Positions 28,599-37,103 of a stretch of DNA of 64,000 nt are shown here, in pieces. Positions within the stretch are counted from its first letter, which is position 1. Every line of letters starts with the position of its first letter. The notes below the pieces were generated by a model. The model was given only the letters and a program-made list of their open reading frames with translations. It was not told the origin of the DNA and did not search any database. The position numbers and the translations under genes are program-made. Origin of the DNA: Methanomassiliicoccales archaeon (GTDB lineage Archaea > Thermoplasmatota > Thermoplasmata > Methanomassiliicoccales > UBA472); contig JAVYMA010000004.1 in the NCBI GenBank assembly GCA_038740345.1, positions 21,978 to 85,977 of the forward strand. Reading direction: 5' to 3'.

Positions 28599-30365
28599 TC
28601 ACGCATAATAGTATTCGCCTTTTGATTTCTGCTCTTGGTCCAGTCTGGATCCAGGCTTGTTGATCCTGGGGCGCCTGGTATCGTTGTCCCGGCGGAAAGT
28701 GACATCCACCATCTTCAAGAATCGATTCATTCCCTGACGCATCTCGTAGGGCCCCCCGCCCTTGCCTTCTTTCCCCGGAATGCCTGAGAACACCATGATG
28801 GAATCCGAGACCATGTCCAAGAAATAGATATCATGGTCCACCACCAAAGCCGACCGTCCTCTTTTCTCCATCACCCTGCGGATGGTCTTCGCTGCCTCCA
28901 TCCGCTGATTGGAGTCCAGGTAGGCGGAGGGCTCATCGAGAAGATACAAGTCCGCATCCCGAGACAGGCATAGAGCTATGGCAGCGCGCTGCAGCTCCCC
29001 GCCTGAAAGGTTCTTCACCTGTTTTTCATATAGAGTCTTCAATCTCAGTGGGTGAGCTATCTCTGACTCGAAGAATCCTGATTGAAAGAAATCCTTCACA
29101 CTGGTCAAGAACATCTCCATGACCGTACCTTCGAAATCGGGGTTTATGTATTGGGGCTTATAGCTTACCTTCACACTATTGCGTATGCTGCCGGAAGTAG
29201 GCTGCTGTACGCCAGCTAATACCTTCACGAAAGTAGTCTTTCCTATGGCGTTAGGTCCTACCACACCCACCGACTCTCCAACCTTGATAGTGCCCGCCTC
29301 CACCTCGAGTTGGAAGTTGGGATAATCGCATCGTATTTCATCGTAATCAAGAAGGGGAACGGTCTGCCAAGAGTCGCGAGGAGGACGGTCCTCGAAGAGG
29401 ATGGGATAGTCACGGAAGCGTATGTTCTCCTCTTTCAGATAGCCTTCCAGATAGGAGTTAATGGCGACGCGCACCTGGCGAGGCTGGGCGAAAACACCAT
29501 AAGCCCCCTCCGAGCCATAGACCAGATATACGTTGTCTGCCAGGAAGTCGAGTATCGCCAAATCATGCTCGATTACCACCACTTGCTTGCCCTGGCTCAG
29601 CTCCTGTATGGTCTTAGCCACTTTTATCCTCTGATAGATATCCAGATAGGAAGAAGGCTCATCAAAGAAGTAAACATCACTGTCCTTGAGGATCGTGGCC
29701 GCAATAGCCACACGCTGAAGCTCACCTCCTGATAGAGAATCCAGCGGTCTATCTATGACCTGCCTTAGATCCAAGAGCTCCACGGCTTCTTCGAGGGATA
29801 TCCTCTCGGCTACCTTCTCCAGGAGGTCACGGACCACACCCTTATGCACACTAGGAAGCTTATCCACGTATTGTGGCTTCAGAGCTGTGCGCATCTCTCC
29901 TCGATACACCTTAGCAAGATAATCCCTGAGCTCGCTCCCAGCATAATGCTGCAGGACCTCTTCCTTGGTGGGAGGGTTCTCGTACCTTCCGAGATTAGGG
30001 ATTTCTACACCTGACATTAAACGCAGGGCGGTGGACTTGCCTATGCCATTAGGTCCTAGTATTCCAGTCACTAGCCCTGTCTTAGGGACAGGCAATCTGT
30101 AGAGTCGGAAGCCGTTGAGGCCGTATTGATGTACTATCTCTCCTTCCAACTCATCAGGCAGTCCTATTATTTTGATGGCCTCATAGGGGCATTTGTGCAC
30201 GCAGATGCCGCAACCAGCGCATAAAGGCTCAGCAATCTCCGGTTTACCTTTCTCGCCGATGACGATGGTCTTCACGCCTGTGCGCACCTTAGGGCAGTAT
30301 TTTACGCACTCGGTGTTGCACTTTTTTGGCTGACATCGGTCTTTCAACAGGGCGGCGATTCGCAT
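28599..30365 (-). CDS. abcE1: ABCE1 / RNase L inhibitor-type ribosome recycling ATPase
   Basis: 588 aa. N-terminal Fe-S domain (CNTECVKYCP; CAGCGICVHKCP) and two ABC nucleotide-binding domains (GPNGIGKST, GPNAIGKTT, and LSGGELQR twice). Confidence 0.95.
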   Translation of the reverse strand: MRIAALLKDRCQPKKCNTECVKYCPKVRTGVKTIVIGEKGKPEIAEPLCAGCGICVHKCPYEAIKIIGLPDELEGEIVHQYGLNGFRLYRLPVPKTGLVTGILGPNGIGKSTALRLMSGVEIPNLGRYENPPTKEEVLQHYAGSELRDYLAKVYRGEMRTALKPQYVDKLPSVHKGVVRDLLEKVAERISLEEAVELLDLRQVIDRPLDSLSGGELQRVAIAATILKDSDVYFFDEPSSYLDIYQRIKVAKTIQELSQGKQVVVIEHDLAILDFLADNVYLVYGSEGAYGVFAQPRQVRVAINSYLEGYLKEENIRFRDYPILFEDRPPRDSWQTVPLLDYDEIRCDYPNFQLEVEAGTIKVGESVGVVGPNAIGKTTFVKVLAGVQQPTSGSIRNSVKVSYKPQYINPDFEGTVMEMFLTSVKDFFQSGFFESEIAHPLRLKTLYEKQVKNLSGGELQRAAIALCLSRDADLYLLDEPSAYLDSNQRMEAAKTIRRVMEKRGRSALVVDHDIYFLDMVSDSIMVFSGIPGKEGKGGGPYEMRQGMNRFLKMVDVTFRRDNDTRRPRINKPGSRLDQEQKSKGEYYYA

Positions 30366-30491
30366 GTCAGGTCAGGCAAATAAGAAGGTGCCATAAAAAG
30401 GTGACCACGTTAGATGACCGAAAATGTGATAAAGACATTGCTCCGGCCCTTCTCGCGGCGGAAGGACCGGAGTGAGAATCCTACGCTTAAT

Positions 30492-30749
30492 TCAGTCGTG
30501 GTCGTAGACCCAGTTCATCTTTTTGCCCTTGGAGACCTTCCAGACCCAATATTCCTTGCCGCCGAATTTGATGACATCATACTTCGAGCGGGGGTCTCCC
30601 CAGGCATAATATGGGGGGTTCAAGGGGTTCGCTTTGGTCACACGGATGTTGTTCTCCGTCTCATTCGCATACTTCTTCTTTATCTCATCCACGATCTCTT
30701 CGGGCACGCCGAAAGTCAGCTCAACTTCTACCATTCCCGATTCCTCCAT
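30492..30749 (-). CDS. Hypothetical protein (85 aa)
   Basis: Protein-like ORF between ABCE1 and metG with an AT-rich promoter region upstream. No family recognised. Confidence 0.45.
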   Translation of the reverse strand: MEESGMVEVELTFGVPEEIVDEIKKKYANETENNIRVTKANPLNPPYYAWGDPRSKYDVIKFGGKEYWVWKVSKGKKMNWVYDHD

Positions 30750-31016
30750 TAATGGGGCCTTTTGGGCTCCAACTGTCCCACTCTATCGTCTTCTCTAAAC
30801 TTATATTTAACGGGCTTAACAATGGATTAATTATCCATCCAAGAATCAAATTGTTAGCTTCACCAGAATTCTTGAATTTATATTTATATATAATATAGAA
30901 TTTAAAAATCAATCATCCATAGGCTTTGAGAGTTGAGAACATCGCATGCAATTCACAGCCTGTCAGACCTGCTATCAACTCTTAAATCTGAGATGCTCCA
31001 TTCGATGCCGATAAGA

Positions 31017-33230
31017 ATGAAAAAAGTACTGGTTTGTGCGGCTTGGCCCTATTCCAACGGTCCTATACATTTAGGTCATGTGGCAGGCTCGCTTCTACCT
31101 CCAGACATATTCGCCAGATACCATCGCTTAAAAGGGAACGAGGTTTTGATGGTCTCAGGCTCGGACCAGCACGGCACGCCGGTCACCGTACGGGCAGAGA
31201 AGGAAGGCGTAAGCCCTGAAGTGGTGGCTGAAAGGTATCATGAAATCAACAAGAAGGCCATCGAAGGTCTTGGCATTAAGTTCGATCTCTTCACCAAGAC
31301 GCATAATCCCCACCATTTCGAGGTAGTGCACGACGTTTTCTTGCGTCTACTCCAGAATGGCTATCTCTATAGGAAGACCACTCTTCAGTATTATTGCCCT
31401 AAATGCTCGAAGTTCCTGCCTGATCGCTATGTGGAGGGCATATGCCGCAAATGCGCCAATGATAGGGCTAGGGGGGACCAATGCGAAAAATGCGGAGCCA
31501 CATACGAGGCGGGAGAGCTGGAGAAGGCTAGGTGCATTAATTGTGGCAGTGAGCCGCAGCTTAAAGAAACAGAGCATTTCTTCTTCAAGCTATCCGCCTT
31601 CCAAGAGCCTTTGACCTCTTATGTGCAAGAAAAGTCGCATTGGCGCCCAAGCGTGCAGTTATTCACCAAGAATTGGCTCGAAGCAGGACTTAAGGATAGG
31701 GCCATAACAAGGGATATGAATTGGGGGGTTCCCGTACCGCTACCAGGTTATGAAGGCAAGGTGGTGTATGTCTGGTTCGAGGCGGTGATAGGCTATCTTT
31801 CAGCTTCCAAGGAATGGGCCAAACTAGTCGGCTCTCCCGAAAGATGGAAGGATTTCTGGGTGGGGCCATCCGCCGTCAGCTATTACTTTTTAGGCAAGGA
31901 TAACATCCCCTTCCACACCATCATATGGCCTTCCATATTGATGGGGTATGGTGGCTTGAACCTGCCTTATGACGTACCAGCCAATGAGTTCCTCACTTTC
32001 AAAGGTGAGGCGTTCTCCAAGAGCAGGGGAGTGGGAATCGATGTCCCCTCCCTTTTGCAAAGATTCGAGGCCGATGCCATTCGCTACTACATCGCTGCCA
32101 ACATGCCTGAGAACCGGGACGCCGATTTCTCCTTGGACGACTTTGAGACAAAGGTCAATAACGAGCTAGTGGCCACTTTGGGCAATTACTATCATCGAGT
32201 CCTCTCCTTCACGCAGAAGAACTTTGGTCATGTGCCGGCGTTGCATTCCTTGGAAGAGGAGAGGAAGACGGTTGAGGAGGCGATCTGGCGAGCGCGGAAT
32301 GAAGTGGAGAGATCCATATCCTCCTGCCAGTTCAAACCCGCGCTCAAGGCGGTTATGGATCTGGCGCAGTTTGGCAATCAATTCTTCGATCGTATGGCGC
32401 CTTGGTCCTTGCTTCGTCAGGATAGGGCGAGATGCGCAGAGGCATTGCGCCTAAATCTGGAGATCGTCAAGGCCCTAGCCGTGCTCACCCATCCCTTCCT
32501 GCCCTTCAGCTCTGAGCGTATATGGTCCTATCTGGGCATGACTTCTCCACTGGCATCCCAAGGGTGGTCATGGCTGGACGAGCCTCTTCCAACGGGTCAG
32601 AGATTGCTAGAGCCCAAACCTGTCTTCTCCAGAGTGCAGCTGGAGAGGATAGAGGATAAGTTCAAAGCCTTTGAAGCCCTCAATCTGAAGGTAGGTAGGG
32701 TCTTGGATGTCAGGCAACATCCGAATGCGGATAAGCTGCTCGTCTTAGATGTGGATGTAGGAAAGCGCATACAATTGGTTGCTGGATTGAAGGAGCATTA
32801 TCCTCAAGATGCATTGAAAGGAAAGATGGTGATAGTGGTAAGCAACCTACAGCACGCTAAATTGAGAGGCGTGGAATCACAGGGCATGCTCTTGGCGGCG
32901 GAGGATGGTAAGGAGGTGCGAGTCCTTACTCCTGCGGAGAATTGCGCGCCGGGGGAAGTGGTGAGCAGCGGCCTGAGACCATCGGAGAAGGAAATATCAT
33001 ACGCCGATTTCCAGAAGCTAACCATGAGGGTGGGGACGTTCCGGGATGGAGAAGTCGATATAGGCCGAAAGGTTAAAGTGAGCTTCCCTGAGAAGGTGGT
33101 TAGGAAGGAGAAAGTGGTGGTGTATCTTCCCGATCCAGAATCAAAAGAGGCTCTGCCGCTTTACACTCAGAGTGGCGTGGCCATCACCGTGGATGGCGGA
33201 AGGATAGAGGATGGTGCCCAGGTAAGATGA
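31017..33230 (+). CDS. metG: Methionyl-tRNA synthetase with C-terminal tRNA-binding OB domain plus extra tail
   Basis: PIHLGHV (HIGH), Zn knuckles CPKC/CRKC/CEKC/CINC, FSKSRG (KMSKS-like), and a Trbp111/EMAPII-like NLKVGRVLDVRQHPNADKL...LRGVESQGMLLAA. I chose ATG 31017 over the upstream TTG at 30933. Confidence 0.95.
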   Translation: MKKVLVCAAWPYSNGPIHLGHVAGSLLPPDIFARYHRLKGNEVLMVSGSDQHGTPVTVRAEKEGVSPEVVAERYHEINKKAIEGLGIKFDLFTKTHNPHHFEVVHDVFLRLLQNGYLYRKTTLQYYCPKCSKFLPDRYVEGICRKCANDRARGDQCEKCGATYEAGELEKARCINCGSEPQLKETEHFFFKLSAFQEPLTSYVQEKSHWRPSVQLFTKNWLEAGLKDRAITRDMNWGVPVPLPGYEGKVVYVWFEAVIGYLSASKEWAKLVGSPERWKDFWVGPSAVSYYFLGKDNIPFHTIIWPSILMGYGGLNLPYDVPANEFLTFKGEAFSKSRGVGIDVPSLLQRFEADAIRYYIAANMPENRDADFSLDDFETKVNNELVATLGNYYHRVLSFTQKNFGHVPALHSLEEERKTVEEAIWRARNEVERSISSCQFKPALKAVMDLAQFGNQFFDRMAPWSLLRQDRARCAEALRLNLEIVKALAVLTHPFLPFSSERIWSYLGMTSPLASQGWSWLDEPLPTGQRLLEPKPVFSRVQLERIEDKFKAFEALNLKVGRVLDVRQHPNADKLLVLDVDVGKRIQLVAGLKEHYPQDALKGKMVIVVSNLQHAKLRGVESQGMLLAAEDGKEVRVLTPAENCAPGEVVSSGLRPSEKEISYADFQKLTMRVGTFRDGEVDIGRKVKVSFPEKVVRKEKVVVYLPDPESKEALPLYTQSGVAITVDGGRIEDGAQVR

Positions 33231-33889
33231 GGGCAGATCTACACATCCACACCCACCATTCAGGAGACAACGAGCAGCGCTTGGAGGAGATATTCGAGGC
33301 TGCTGCCAGGAAAGGCCTAGGCGCGATAGCCATCGTGGACCATAACACTATCAAAGGAGGTCTGGAGGCGTTGGATTCCGCGCCCAGGGACCTTATAATA
33401 ATACCTGCGGTGGAGGTGACTACCGCTCAGGGCCATGTGATAGCGTATGGCGTGGAGGAGGACATCGATCGGGGTCTGGAGGTGGCTGAAACCATCGAGT
33501 TAATACATGAGAAAGGAGGGATAGCCGTGGCCGCGCATCCCTATCGCATGTGGTCAGGGCTGGGAAGCAAAGTGGTTCTGAGGAACAAATTCGATGCCCT
33601 CGAGGTCATTAATGCGCGCAACACCTCGCATGGCAACAAGAAGGCCTACAAGCTGGCCCAAAGAGCCCATCTTCCCATGACCGCTGGCTCCGACGCCCAC
33701 CGGCCAAGGAACATAGGGGACGCGGTGACCATATTCCCCGATGATTGTTTGACCAGGGAGGAGATGATACAAGCAATCCTGGAAGGTAGGACCTCAGTGG
33801 AAGGTAGGGGCAGGAGCAAGAAGGAAACCCTTCGCTATGGCAGCGTATCCATATCGAAATGGATCGGCAGGGGGATGAGGAGACTCTGA
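33227..33889 (+). CDS. PHP-domain phosphoesterase
   Basis: MRADLHIHTHHSGD, IVDHNTIKG, AAHPY and GSDAH motifs. Its start overlaps the metG stop in an ATGA. Confidence 0.75.
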   Translation: MRADLHIHTHHSGDNEQRLEEIFEAAARKGLGAIAIVDHNTIKGGLEALDSAPRDLIIIPAVEVTTAQGHVIAYGVEEDIDRGLEVAETIELIHEKGGIAVAAHPYRMWSGLGSKVVLRNKFDALEVINARNTSHGNKKAYKLAQRAHLPMTAGSDAHRPRNIGDAVTIFPDDCLTREEMIQAILEGRTSVEGRGRSKKETLRYGSVSISKWIGRGMRRL

Positions 33890-33900
33890 AACTCAAAGCT

Positions 33901-34260
33901 TCAGATCGTTATCTCTACCTTACCCACAATCTCGCTCGCTTTCTTCGCCACCTGTGAATTCTCGCTCTTCCCGTCCGTGAGGATGGCCAAGAGATATCTG
34001 GTCCCTGCGCCTATCAGAATGACATCTTTCTGCTCCATGTTCACTTGAACCTGGCGCAGGTTGTCCTTAAGCTCCGCGGAGGAGGTCTCAGCCGCCCCCA
34101 GCATGATGGCCGCCATGGCAGCAAACGTTTCCTGATGCACGCCTTTAGGCGTATCTCCGAGGATGAAGAGCCCACCTCTCGACATCAGGGATACCCCGGT
34201 GACATGCTCCAAGGATTTTATCTCTTCTAAAACATTCCTGATGTGCGCAAGCTCTCCCAT
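33901..34260 (-). CDS. Roadblock/LC7 (MglB-like) domain protein
   Basis: 119 aa. The pattern VTGVSLMSRGGLFILGD...AAMAAIMLGAAE...ILIGAGTRYLLAILTD is typical of the Roadblock/LC7 fold. Confidence 0.7.
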   Translation of the reverse strand: MGELAHIRNVLEEIKSLEHVTGVSLMSRGGLFILGDTPKGVHQETFAAMAAIMLGAAETSSAELKDNLRQVQVNMEQKDVILIGAGTRYLLAILTDGKSENSQVAKKASEIVGKVEITI

Positions 34261-34283
34261 TTCACAACCACGCTTTCTGGCCT

Positions 34284-34309
34284 ATAATTGGGTAGCATAA
34301 TTGGGTAGC
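34284..34309. repeat. Perfect tandem duplication (2 x 13 bp, ATAATTGGGTAGC)
   Basis: Read directly: 34284-34296 is identical to 34297-34309. It lies 24-49 nt upstream of the Roadblock gene ATG on the minus strand. Confidence 0.85.
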
Positions 34310-34516
34310 GCACATAAAAAACTTTTTCTTATTGGCTCTGAGTTCATTATCAGCAGGTCGGCAATGCTTGGATAGGATGGGAAAGGAATTAAAATTCATT
34401 ATTATATATCATTAAATAAAAATTTATTTAATTAAAAATTATATGGAGAGCTTCTTCCATGGTAATATTAATAATAACTTGCATCTCTACATTTCTGGCG
34501 CGGGGGAGAGAGGAAA

Positions 34517-35635
34517 TTGACCAGTCCTGCTGAGATTAAGCAACGGGCAGCCAAGCTTGAGGCAGGACTAGTGCGCTCGCTTCGTCTCCCGCTGGAGCGC
34601 AGGCGCATGGAGCGAAAGCTGATGCGACTAGCGCAGGAACACCCAAAGGAAGCCGTAGCCGTTCTGCTAAAGTTCTTGGACCATGAGAGCGAGAGCGTGT
34701 CTTCATCCGTGCGTGGGATGCTCTTTAAGATCACCGCCGAGCGTTCGGGAATGAAGGCGGTTCTGGACAACATCGTGCATTCGAATCAAGATGTGAGGCG
34801 GAATGCGGTAGCCTTCATGGCAGAGAAATTTGGCTTTCATGCCGTCACCTACGCTTCTTTCTATGAGCATACGTATCTTTTGATAGCAATGGCCAGGAAC
34901 AAGGAGATCCCGGCGAACGACATCGAGGCATTGGCGGAGCTGTCAAAGGAAACTTACATGGATGGAGAGTGCATGAAGGCACTGCAGGACATCGCCGTTT
35001 GCCTGGACCTCATAAAACAGAGACATCGTGCCTCCGATACTCTTAGGAGCTATGTTAAAGAGATATTGAGAATGGCCCCTGACCTGACAAGGATGGGCGC
35101 CTTCGACGATAGAATAGAGGAGCCGCTAAGGCGGGCTATAATCGCTACCAAATCCAGGATGGTCGATGAGACCAAGGACATTATCGACATACGAACCTTA
35201 GAGATCTCCATCAAGGAGGAGCTCAGCTCCTTGGCCCAAACCATTGGTTCATCGTTACGCGGAAGGCCAGACATGGAATATTCTAACATCGCCAGCGGGG
35301 ATTTGTTCGCTCTTTCCCGGTTGCGCAATTTCCTGGAGACTGGCACCGCTTTGGCCGTCTCGGGTAAGAGAGAGGAAGGCCTAAAAATGCTGCGAAGATA
35401 CTTGGACAACGAATTCGAGGAGTACTGGTCCCAGGTCCGGGAAAGGGTGAGGGCAGGCGATATGAGCGCAATTTTCGCTATCTATGTTATAGGGCTTTCA
35501 TGCTTAAAATTGGCTTCCTATCTAATTCCGCAGAGCTCCGAGGCGATATTCCAAAAGTATTTCAGGAAGCTGGAGCCAGAGCCGTCGATACACGTAGTGC
35601 CATGGCCTTATCCTGCGATGAGATCCCTCACCTGA
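34517..35635 (+). CDS. Hypothetical alpha-helical protein (possible N-terminal HEAT-like repeats)
   Basis: 372 aa with a TTG start (internal ATGs are possible alternatives). Helical repeat-like N-terminus (AVAVLLKFLDHESESV...NQDVRRNAVAFMAEKFG). No family recognised. Confidence 0.5.
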   Translation: MTSPAEIKQRAAKLEAGLVRSLRLPLERRRMERKLMRLAQEHPKEAVAVLLKFLDHESESVSSSVRGMLFKITAERSGMKAVLDNIVHSNQDVRRNAVAFMAEKFGFHAVTYASFYEHTYLLIAMARNKEIPANDIEALAELSKETYMDGECMKALQDIAVCLDLIKQRHRASDTLRSYVKEILRMAPDLTRMGAFDDRIEEPLRRAIIATKSRMVDETKDIIDIRTLEISIKEELSSLAQTIGSSLRGRPDMEYSNIASGDLFALSRLRNFLETGTALAVSGKREEGLKMLRRYLDNEFEEYWSQVRERVRAGDMSAIFAIYVIGLSCLKLASYLIPQSSEAIFQKYFRKLEPEPSIHVVPWPYPAMRSLT

Positions 35636-35734
35636 TTAGCCTTTTATGTAAAATGAGACCTGAGGCAAACTGATTTTCCTTATCATGTTTCTTTCTCTTG
35701 CTCAGCCTGTCTTGTTCTCTTAGGCTGCCTTAAT

Positions 35735-35771
35735 TAGACTGGACTAGACTGGGTTCTAGCAATATTTATAT
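35735..35771 (+). promoter_or_regulatory. ftsZ promoter region: direct repeat TAGACTGG-AC-TAGACTGG followed by a TATA-like element
   Basis: Read directly. TAGACTGG occurs at 35735-35742 and 35745-35752. AATATTTATAT at 35761-35771 lies 16-26 nt upstream of the ftsZ ATG (35787). Confidence 0.4.
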
Positions 35772-35786
35772 CCAAGGCTTTAGATT

Positions 35787-37022
35787 ATGGAGCAGAGGGA
35801 TGCACTCATGCCAAATTCGTTGGTAAAGAATGCTCTAGCGAATATGAAGGAGAGCCAAGAAAAGAATGGGACAGCGGCTCAGGCAGCTTCTCCTGCGCCG
35901 CTCAGTGCTGCGGATGAGGAGCTGAGGAGGATCGCCGAGCAGCTGGATGTCTGCATAAAGATCATCGGCTGCGGTGGGGGTGGCTGCAACACCATAAACC
36001 GATGCGTGGATGCGGGCATAAGTGGAGCGCAGCTCTGCGCTATAAACACCGATGCCAAGCACCTCCTGACAGTACGGGCGCCTAAGAAGATTCTGATAGG
36101 CAAGACAGCTACCCGAGGGCTGGGAGCAGGGGCCATACCGCAGGTGGGAGAGCAAGCCGCCAGGGAGAGCGACATGGAGATACGCGAGTTCCTTAATGGC
36201 GCGAACATCGTCTTCGTCACCGCGGGCATGGGAGGAGGAACAGGCACAGGCTCAGCCCATTATGTGGCGCGCATCTCAAAGGAGCAGATCCGCGCCTTGA
36301 CCATCGGCGTGGTAACGCTGCCATTCAAAGCAGAGGGTACAGTGCGCATGGAGAATGCCCTTGACGGTCTGAATAAACTAAGGCGCATCTGCGATACCAC
36401 CATCGTCATTCCCAACGACAAGCTCCTGGAGCTGGTGCCCAAGCTGCCAGTGGACGCCGCCTTCAAAGTGGCGGATGAGGTCCTTATGCAGACCATTAAG
36501 GGCCTAACCGAGATAATCACCAAACCAGGATTGGTCAACCTGGACTATGCGGACATCATGACGGTCATGAACGAAGGAGGCGTGGCCTTCGTAGGCATTG
36601 GCGAGGCGAATTCCGACGAGGACGACCGTGTCAAGGCCGCGGTGGAGGAGGCCTTACACTCACCTCTGCTTGGGGAGATATCGCTGAAGCAGGCACAGGG
36701 CGCGCTCATCCGCGTGGTGGGAGGTCCGGACATGACCGTGAGCGAGGCGCAGCGGGCCTCGGAGATAGTCATGAACTCCATAGCACCTCGTGCGCGCATC
36801 ATTTGGGGTTGCAGCATAGATCCTGAGATAGAAGGCACCATCAAAGTGCTTCTCATACTCACCGGAGCGCAGTCCAAATACGTCCTGGGCAAGGACTCGG
36901 CCAGTTCACCACAGAAGCTGGGGGCCAGCTACGGGCAGCCTGTGGCGCCGAAGATAGGAGCCGGGCCAGCCGACTCGTCCAGAGGCAGGTTCGAGGACGA
37001 CGGCATCGACTTCGTGCGTTGA
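35787..37022 (+). CDS. ftsZ: Cell division protein FtsZ
   Basis: [12 protein letters not shown], tubulin signature GMGGGTGTG, and a disordered C-terminal tail. Confidence 0.95.
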   Translation: MEQRDALMPNSLVKNALANMKESQEKNGTAAQAASPAPLSAADEELRRIAEQLDVCIKIIGCGGGGCNTINRCVDAGISGAQLCAINTDAKHLLTVRAPKKILIGKTATRGLGAGAIPQVGEQAARESDMEIREFLNGANIVFVTAGMGGGTGTGSAHYVARISKEQIRALTIGVVTLPFKAEGTVRMENALDGLNKLRRICDTTIVIPNDKLLELVPKLPVDAAFKVADEVLMQTIKGLTEIITKPGLVNLDYADIMTVMNEGGVAFVGIGEANSDEDDRVKAAVEEALHSPLLGEISLKQAQGALIRVVGGPDMTVSEAQRASEIVMNSIAPRARIIWGCSIDPEIEGTIKVLLILTGAQSKYVLGKDSASSPQKLGASYGQPVAPKIGAGPADSSRGRFEDDGIDFVR

Positions 37023-37103
37023 GAATCAAGCTAGAACGATGCGCCGGTCGAGGGGGCATGCGAGGAACGTCCACTGCCTTCCCTGTTCATTCTCGGGAAG
37101 CGG

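Noticed and set aside
34412-34431. 20-bp AT-only palindrome TTAAATAAA-AA-TTTATTTAA in the Roadblock/hypothetical intergenic region; a replication-origin-like element was considered
   Set aside because: Palindromes are expected by chance in pure AT sequence. There are no ORB-like repeats and no cdc6/orc gene nearby. It is most likely just part of a bidirectional promoter region.
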